Below, piece after piece: positions 60,601-64,000 of a DNA stretch of 64,000 nt. The DNA is taken from assembly GCF_963921235.1 (NCBI RefSeq), contig NC_086108.1, positions 57,414,001 through 57,478,000 on the forward strand, given 5' to 3'. This DNA comes from Mobula hypostoma. Lineage: Eukaryota. Every line of letters starts with the position of its first letter. Position 1 is the first letter of the stretch. Below the pieces are notes generated by a model that saw only the letters and a list, made by a program, of their open reading frames with translations, did not search any database and had not been told where the DNA came from. A program made the position numbers and the translations under genes.

Positions 60601-63420
60601 ATTGGATAAACATTTACCAGCGCATTATCAGTAATTTCTACTCCTTCAAAATAGGAGAAAAACCTAAAATAAGGAGAAATAAAAAAAAGGCAGCAAAAGA
60701 ACATGATTGAAAAATTCTGTACTATATACTATTCATCTTAATTTCTATTATAAGAATAGTTCTCTGGGCGCACACATAAAAAGTAGAAAGACGACTTGGG
60801 ACAATACTTATTTTGTGAGAATTGTTAGGTATTATAATAGTTTTAAAAATATAGTTTAATACATAAATTTCAATATATCCAGTTTATTTCATAATGAAGG
60901 TAATTGATAATATGTGCTCTTGGACAATCATTTTTTCAGCTCTGTATAAAATTAGCTTTTCTGTTTCAGTAGGAGGCTCTAGTTTCTGTTTCCTTAATGA
61001 CAGACAACGGCAAAAATGAGATCATGTTTTCAAACTACAAAAATGTGAAAAAGGATCTAGCGCTTTCCGGGCGTATATGACAAATAAACTCTTCTTGGGC
61101 TTCCAGGCGGGTACAAGTTTCAATTATAACTAACTTTTCAATGACAATCTTTGCCATCTTCTTCAGGGATGATGCCTGGGCATGTCTAGTCTTTAAATAC
61201 CATTAGTTATAATTGATACCTGTACCCAGCTGGAAGCCCAAGAAGAGTTTATTTGTTATAAAAAGTAGTTTATTTTTAAATTGTGCTCTGCATTTACTTG
61301 ATAACTGTGAAATAAAGGTGTTTTGCCATTCATAGAAGGTATAAGGCCTATTAACATGCATATCCGGTGATGTCGAATGCAGTCAAGATGTGTGAATTTT
61401 AACAGTGACCTAGTACAATAGGAATCTAGGCAACTAGTAACCCTGAGGCAGAGAGAATGCTGTAATGATGGCAGTAATGCAACAATGTGGATGCCAACTG
61501 CCATAAAAACTCAAAGAAGATGAAAAGGTAGATAGAATCCTTACAGTCCACAATAACTTTCCCATTGAACACTTCAGCTAAGATCTTTTACAGATGAGCA
61601 GAAAACAAAATTAACTGTAAATTTGCTACGTGGCCCTCTTCCTCCTTCGGCTTACCAGGCTCCATATGAAAGCACCAGGCTGAGGTGAGACAGGAGATGG
61701 GTTTAAAATTAGCTGGGACTCCAGGTAGCAGTTTCACGTGGCCGGTTGGGAGCAAGTAACCATCAGTGTTCAGGATGAGAGCTCAATTTCATGGCACAAC
61801 TTTCATGTCATTCTACAGGTGTCTGTGGAGATTTGATCAAAAGCTACCAGAAACAACAACGGAAATTCCCAACTCTTTAATATTATGTGAGCATGCTGCT
61901 ACTTAAGTGGTTTTATTTACTGTATCTATAGTGCTGTTTGTAGATAAATAAATGTTTTGATTTTGTACATTATTTTGATATGTTAGTTACCATCTTTCAC
62001 TTTAGTTAGAAGGAAAATCCTAAATCCTAAAGTCCTATGGAGTTTCTGGTGTATTATATCACAAAGAGCACTGTTAACTAACCCATACGAGCTCAGTTAC
62101 TTATTGTTCAAAAAATACTAGTTTTGATTCATGGAAGATGTAGCTTCCTTGGGGAAATTGTCTTTTATAATGACTACAGATTGAACCAAGCACAATTAAG
62201 ATCAAAAGTAATGTTGGGTGATAAAAAAGAAAACCTTTGTACCTTGGTGGGTCTTATGACCTCAGTATCCAAACTGCTTTTTAGCCAGTGAATACTTACA
62301 GTGTAATTACTGCTACACAGTGGGAAAGGAAGGGCAATAAAAACGTTACTATTGATGCAACACACACAAAAAACACTGGTGAACGCAGCAGGCCAGGCAG
62401 CATCTATAGGAAGTCGATGTTTCGGGCTGGGACCCTTCGTCAGGACTAACTGAAAGAAGAGCTAGTAAGAGATTTGAAAGTGGGAGGGGGAGGGGGAGAT
62501 CCGAAATGATAGGAGAAGACAGGAGGGGAGGGATGGAGCCAAGAGCTGGAGAAGGGAGAGGATCATGGGACGGGAAGCCTGGGGAGAAAGAGAAGGGGCA
62601 GGGGAGCCTGGAGGGTGGAGAGCAGGCAAGGAGTTGTAGTGAGAGGGACAGAGGGAGAAAACAGAGAGAAAAAGAAAAGGGGGAAAAAGATAAAAAAAAT
62701 ATAAAACAAATAAATAAGGGATGGGGTGTGAAGGGGAGTTGCTTTTTGTGGAACAATTACAATCAGCATGGTTATCTATAAGCAAGACCCAGCGATGCAG
62801 AGGTAGACTACAAAAGAAAGGATAACTAAAGTAGTTGCAAAATAAGGAGACCAAACAGTGACCTTGCATTGAAATCATAAAAGGAAGGGAAAACACGGGT
62901 GCAAAGCAATGCAGGTCTCTTGGCTAATATTGGCAATGAATAAGTATTTTGAAAGGCAAAACGTTCTAATATTAAAAATTAATTACACTAATGATGTAAA
63001 TGCGTAAGTGACATTATTTTAAGTTACCATATTGATCAGTTTCAAAAAAGGCTCTACTGAAGAAACTTGATAGATCAAAATTGCTTTTCTTATTCCAGTT
63101 CGTTATGTGTTTTGGTTGCATGATGTATTTGTAGTTAACAGAGCATGAATTGATATAAAAAATAACTCTTCAACTTTTCAGCTTGTTTGGTTTTGGTAAC
63201 TTAGAAATGGAAATGCATTAAACAAAAAGATTCAATAATACAAGAAATACATAGAGCTAATTCTGTGACATACGGGCATTCTTATTTAAATTGTAACACA
63301 TATTTTTGTAACCTGGAGAAGATGTTCTTGCATGGATCAGGGTAAGCAAAAGTACCAAATTCAGTGATCACAATTCGCTTCTCAGTCATTGCCCTCACAT
63401 AGGCATCAGTTTGAATAAAT
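36452..63420 (-). CDS. RPE65: Retinoid isomerohydrolase RPE65, exons 4-14; exons 1-3 lie beyond the window end
   Basis: Eleven exons with canonical splice sites. Internal exon sizes 108,142,148,82,133,140,130,115,95,112 nt equal those of human RPE65 exons 4-13 as recalled. PDPCKNIFS motif present; H180, H241, H313, H527 and E148, E417, E469 equivalents conserved. Confidence 0.97.
37422..38236 (+). mobile_element. Non-coding non-autonomous retroelement nested in Rex1/Babar
   Basis: Begins GGCGGAGC...AATGGCGCC and ends ATTAAATGTACCTTTGAAACCTTTGAA; the host LINE sequence appears continuous across it. Confidence 0.65.
39340..40400 (+). mobile_element. CR1 LINE 3' part nested in Rex1/Babar
   Basis: [15 protein letters not shown] and [13 protein letters not shown]; (ttctatgt) tail; TSD ATGTAC at 39334-39339 and 40401-40406. 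Confidence 0.93.
40933..41044 (-). CDS. RPE65: RPE65 exon 13 ([38 protein letters not shown])
   Basis: 112 nt; PSEPIFV...EDDG motif; preceded by an 87-nt intron. Confidence 0.96.
41132..41226 (-). CDS. RPE65: RPE65 exon 12 ([32 protein letters not shown])
   Basis: 95 nt; FEFPQINY motif. Confidence 0.96.
41312..41549 (+). mobile_element. CR1 3' tip in RPE65 intron 11
   Basis: Same 3' sequence and tttctatg tail as the 9017 and 52627 copies. Confidence 0.85.
41569..41683 (-). CDS. RPE65: RPE65 exon 11 ([38 protein letters not shown])
   Basis: 115 nt; [14 protein letters not shown] matches RPE65. Confidence 0.95.
42299..42312 (+). promoter_or_regulatory. Primer binding site complementary to the tRNA-Trp 3' end
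   Basis: TGGTGACCCCGA directly after the 5' LTR matches the tRNA-Trp PBS TGGTGACCCCGACGTGAT. Confidence 0.85.
43878..44393 (+). mobile_element. Non-autonomous retroelement with (CTAAT)n tail nested in the Gypsy element, preceded by a CR1 3' tip (about 43810-43877)
   Basis: CpG-rich non-coding body ending AATAAACGAGGACTGAGTGTCCTCATAATCTAATCTAAT. Confidence 0.6.
45037..45980 (-). mobile_element. CR1 LINE 3' fragment
   Basis: [12 protein letters not shown]...[21 protein letters not shown] motif and CR1 3'UTR. Confidence 0.88.
46770..46899 (-). CDS. RPE65: RPE65 exon 10 ([43 protein letters not shown])
   Basis: 130 nt, within ORF 46689..46922, gtgagt donor. Confidence 0.96.
47582..48143 (-). 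mobile_element. CR1 LINE 3' fragment, about 55 nt from the RPE65 exon 9 donor
   Basis: [17 protein letters not shown]...[12 protein letters not shown] motif. Confidence 0.88.
48199..48338 (-). CDS. RPE65: RPE65 exon 9 ([47 protein letters not shown])
   Basis: 140 nt; FHHIN contains H313. Confidence 0.95.
48778..49080 (-). mobile_element. tRNA-derived V-SINE with a non-CR1 (Rex1/Babar-like) tail
   Basis: Head and V-domain similar to the 2850-3140 copy, but ends catttcactgtatgtgttgacgttcgtgtgacaaatgaaactaatcttatct. Confidence 0.65.
49158..49290 (-). CDS. RPE65: RPE65 exon 8 ([44 protein letters not shown])
   Basis: 133 nt, gtaagt donor. Confidence 0.95.
49725..49917. mobile_element. hAT-family MITE (193 bp)
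   Basis: About 57-bp near-perfect TIRs starting CAGGGATGGCCAACC; perfect 8-bp TSD ACCTATGC (49717-49724 and 49918-49925). Confidence 0.93.
50371..50452 (-). CDS. RPE65: RPE65 exon 7 ([28 protein letters not shown])
   Basis: 82 nt; PSYVHS contains H241. Confidence 0.95.
51070..51385 (+). mobile_element. Decayed V-SINE
   Basis: gacccaggttcaa B box followed by ggagtttgcaagttctccctgtgaccacgtg V-domain; similar fragments at about 11820-12040 and 57090-57310. Confidence 0.55.
51436..52625 (-). mobile_element. Older CR1 LINE fragment (continues at about 53770-53880)
   Basis: [12 protein letters not shown] RT remnant, CR1 3'UTR and tcttatag tail. Confidence 0.85.
52627..53770 (-). mobile_element. 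Younger CR1 LINE (ORF 52828..53679), same subfamily as 9017-10615, inserted in the older CR1
   Basis: ORF2 end and (tttctatg) tail nearly identical to the 9017 copy; a further 3' tip lies at 54251-54372. Confidence 0.93.
54548..54695 (-). CDS. RPE65: RPE65 exon 6 ([49 protein letters not shown])
   Basis: 148 nt; TAHPH contains Fe ligand H180. Confidence 0.96.
55671..56650 (-). mobile_element. Rex1/Babar LINE 3' fragment
   Basis: [32 protein letters not shown] and [15 protein letters not shown] motifs; (cttga)n tail. Confidence 0.9.
58599..59370 (-). mobile_element. CR1 LINE 3' fragment
   Basis: [14 protein letters not shown]...[13 protein letters not shown]; (tcttatgg) tail. Confidence 0.9.
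59945..60376 (+). mobile_element. CR1 3' fragment interrupted by a Rex1/Babar-type tail fragment (about 60025-60170)
   Basis: TRGHNFKV...[13 protein letters not shown]...FKRLLD; gttctat tail. Confidence 0.7.
60522..60663 (-). CDS. RPE65: RPE65 exon 5 ([47 protein letters not shown])
   Basis: 142 nt, within ORF 60501..60704, AG/GT boundaries. Confidence 0.96.
61077..61260. repeat. Long inverted repeat (about 55-bp arms) enclosing a hammerhead-like motif; Penelope-type terminal remnant
   Basis: ACAAATAAACTCTTCTTGGGCTTCCAG... and ...CTGGAAGCCCAAGAAGAGTTTATTTGT are reverse complements. Confidence 0.85.
62357..62745 (-). mobile_element. Penelope-like terminal repeat (another at 63757-64000; short remnants at about 7853-7955, 11680-11777, 30570-30735, 54830-54990, 55486-55635)
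   Basis: Same family as the ends of the GIY-YIG element at 17335-19365. Confidence 0.8.
62412..62447 (-). ncRNA. Minimal type I hammerhead ribozyme motif (Penelope-associated)
   Basis: AGUC-CUGACGA-A-GGG(UCCCAG)CCC-GAAA-CA-UC-GACU: helix I AGUC/GACU, conserved core, 3-bp helix II, vestigial helix III. Confidence 0.7.
63313..63420 (-). CDS. RPE65: RPE65 exon 4 ([36 protein letters not shown])
   Basis: 108 nt, AG/GT boundaries on the minus strand, PDPCK motif. Confidence 0.96.
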
Positions 63421-64000
63421 CTGCAAAATAAAAAAGTTTTTCCTGATAAATAATAATTTCACCAAATTTTATTTTTCAGATTAAGTTTGTGCATTCAAAG
63501 TTCTAAGTAAATTTATTATTGAAGTAGGTATATGTAATCATAGGCTGAGGATCACAGAGCTTCCCCTTGAAACTTTTTGAAGAAGCGTGAGCACGTCTCA
63601 TCCTGCTTTAGTCTGGATCTTGGAACAGAAGATGATCTTGGAAGCTCTGAGCCTGCCAACTTTTCAGCTCTCATAACTCCTTCCTCACATCCACTCCCTT
63701 GGACTGCAGAAGGAGAAGTTGCTGCAACTCTGTCTGAAGTAAACACACTTCCCTCTGCAACACACACAAAATGCAGGAGGAACTCAGCGGGTCAGGCAGC
63801 ATCAATGGAATGAATAGATAGTCAACATTTCGGGCTGAGACCCTTCTTCAGAATTGAGGAGCTGGGGGAAGGTGCCAGAAGGGGAGGGGAAGAAGGCTAG
63901 CTGGTAGGCGATATGTGAAGCCAGGTGGGTAGGAACGATCAAGGGCTGCAGAAGAAGGAATCTGATAGGAGAGGAGAATGGACCATAGGAGAAAGAGAAG

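Noticed and set aside
36452..63420. BCO1 or BCO2 carotenoid oxygenase
   Set aside because: Exon sizes and RPE65-specific strings ([38 protein letters not shown]) identify RPE65.
63552..63757. RPE65 exon 3 or a novel exon
   Set aside because: No match to the expected LLRCGPGLFEVG-type sequence; RSRLKQDETCSRFF weakly recalls an L1/Tx1 ORF2 fragment, too weak to list.
1..64000. CRISPR arrays, rRNA genes or prokaryotic operons
   Set aside because: No regularly spaced repeat-spacer units or rRNA motifs; the DNA is spliceosomal-intron vertebrate sequence and its short tandem repeats are LINE tails or microsatellites.

Overview
Eukaryotic, repeat-rich vertebrate genomic DNA. The repeat complement (HE1-like V-SINEs, Deu-SINE, many CR1, Rex1/Babar and Penelope copies) points to a cartilaginous fish, probably a ray; this is inference. 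Two intron-containing genes converge. On +, the last seven coding exons (1455-28522) of a divergent MCCC2-like carboxyltransferase beta-subunit gene join in frame, but its C-terminal biotin-site motifs are clearly remodelled. On -, exons 4-14 of RPE65 (63420-36452) have internal exon sizes matching human RPE65 as recalled, and all four Fe-ligand histidines are intact. Most long ORFs in the supplied track are decayed transposon sequence: CR1, Rex1/Babar, L2, HERO-type and Penelope retroelements, a Gypsy element with a tRNA-Trp PBS, a solo LTR, a Tigger/pogo transposon and hAT MITEs. Most notable: (i) the atypical MCCC2 paralogue beside RPE65, and (ii) several Penelope-derived minimal hammerhead ribozyme motifs, some enclosed in long inverted repeats and four in the sense orientation of RPE65 introns. 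All family assignments are by eye, without database searches.
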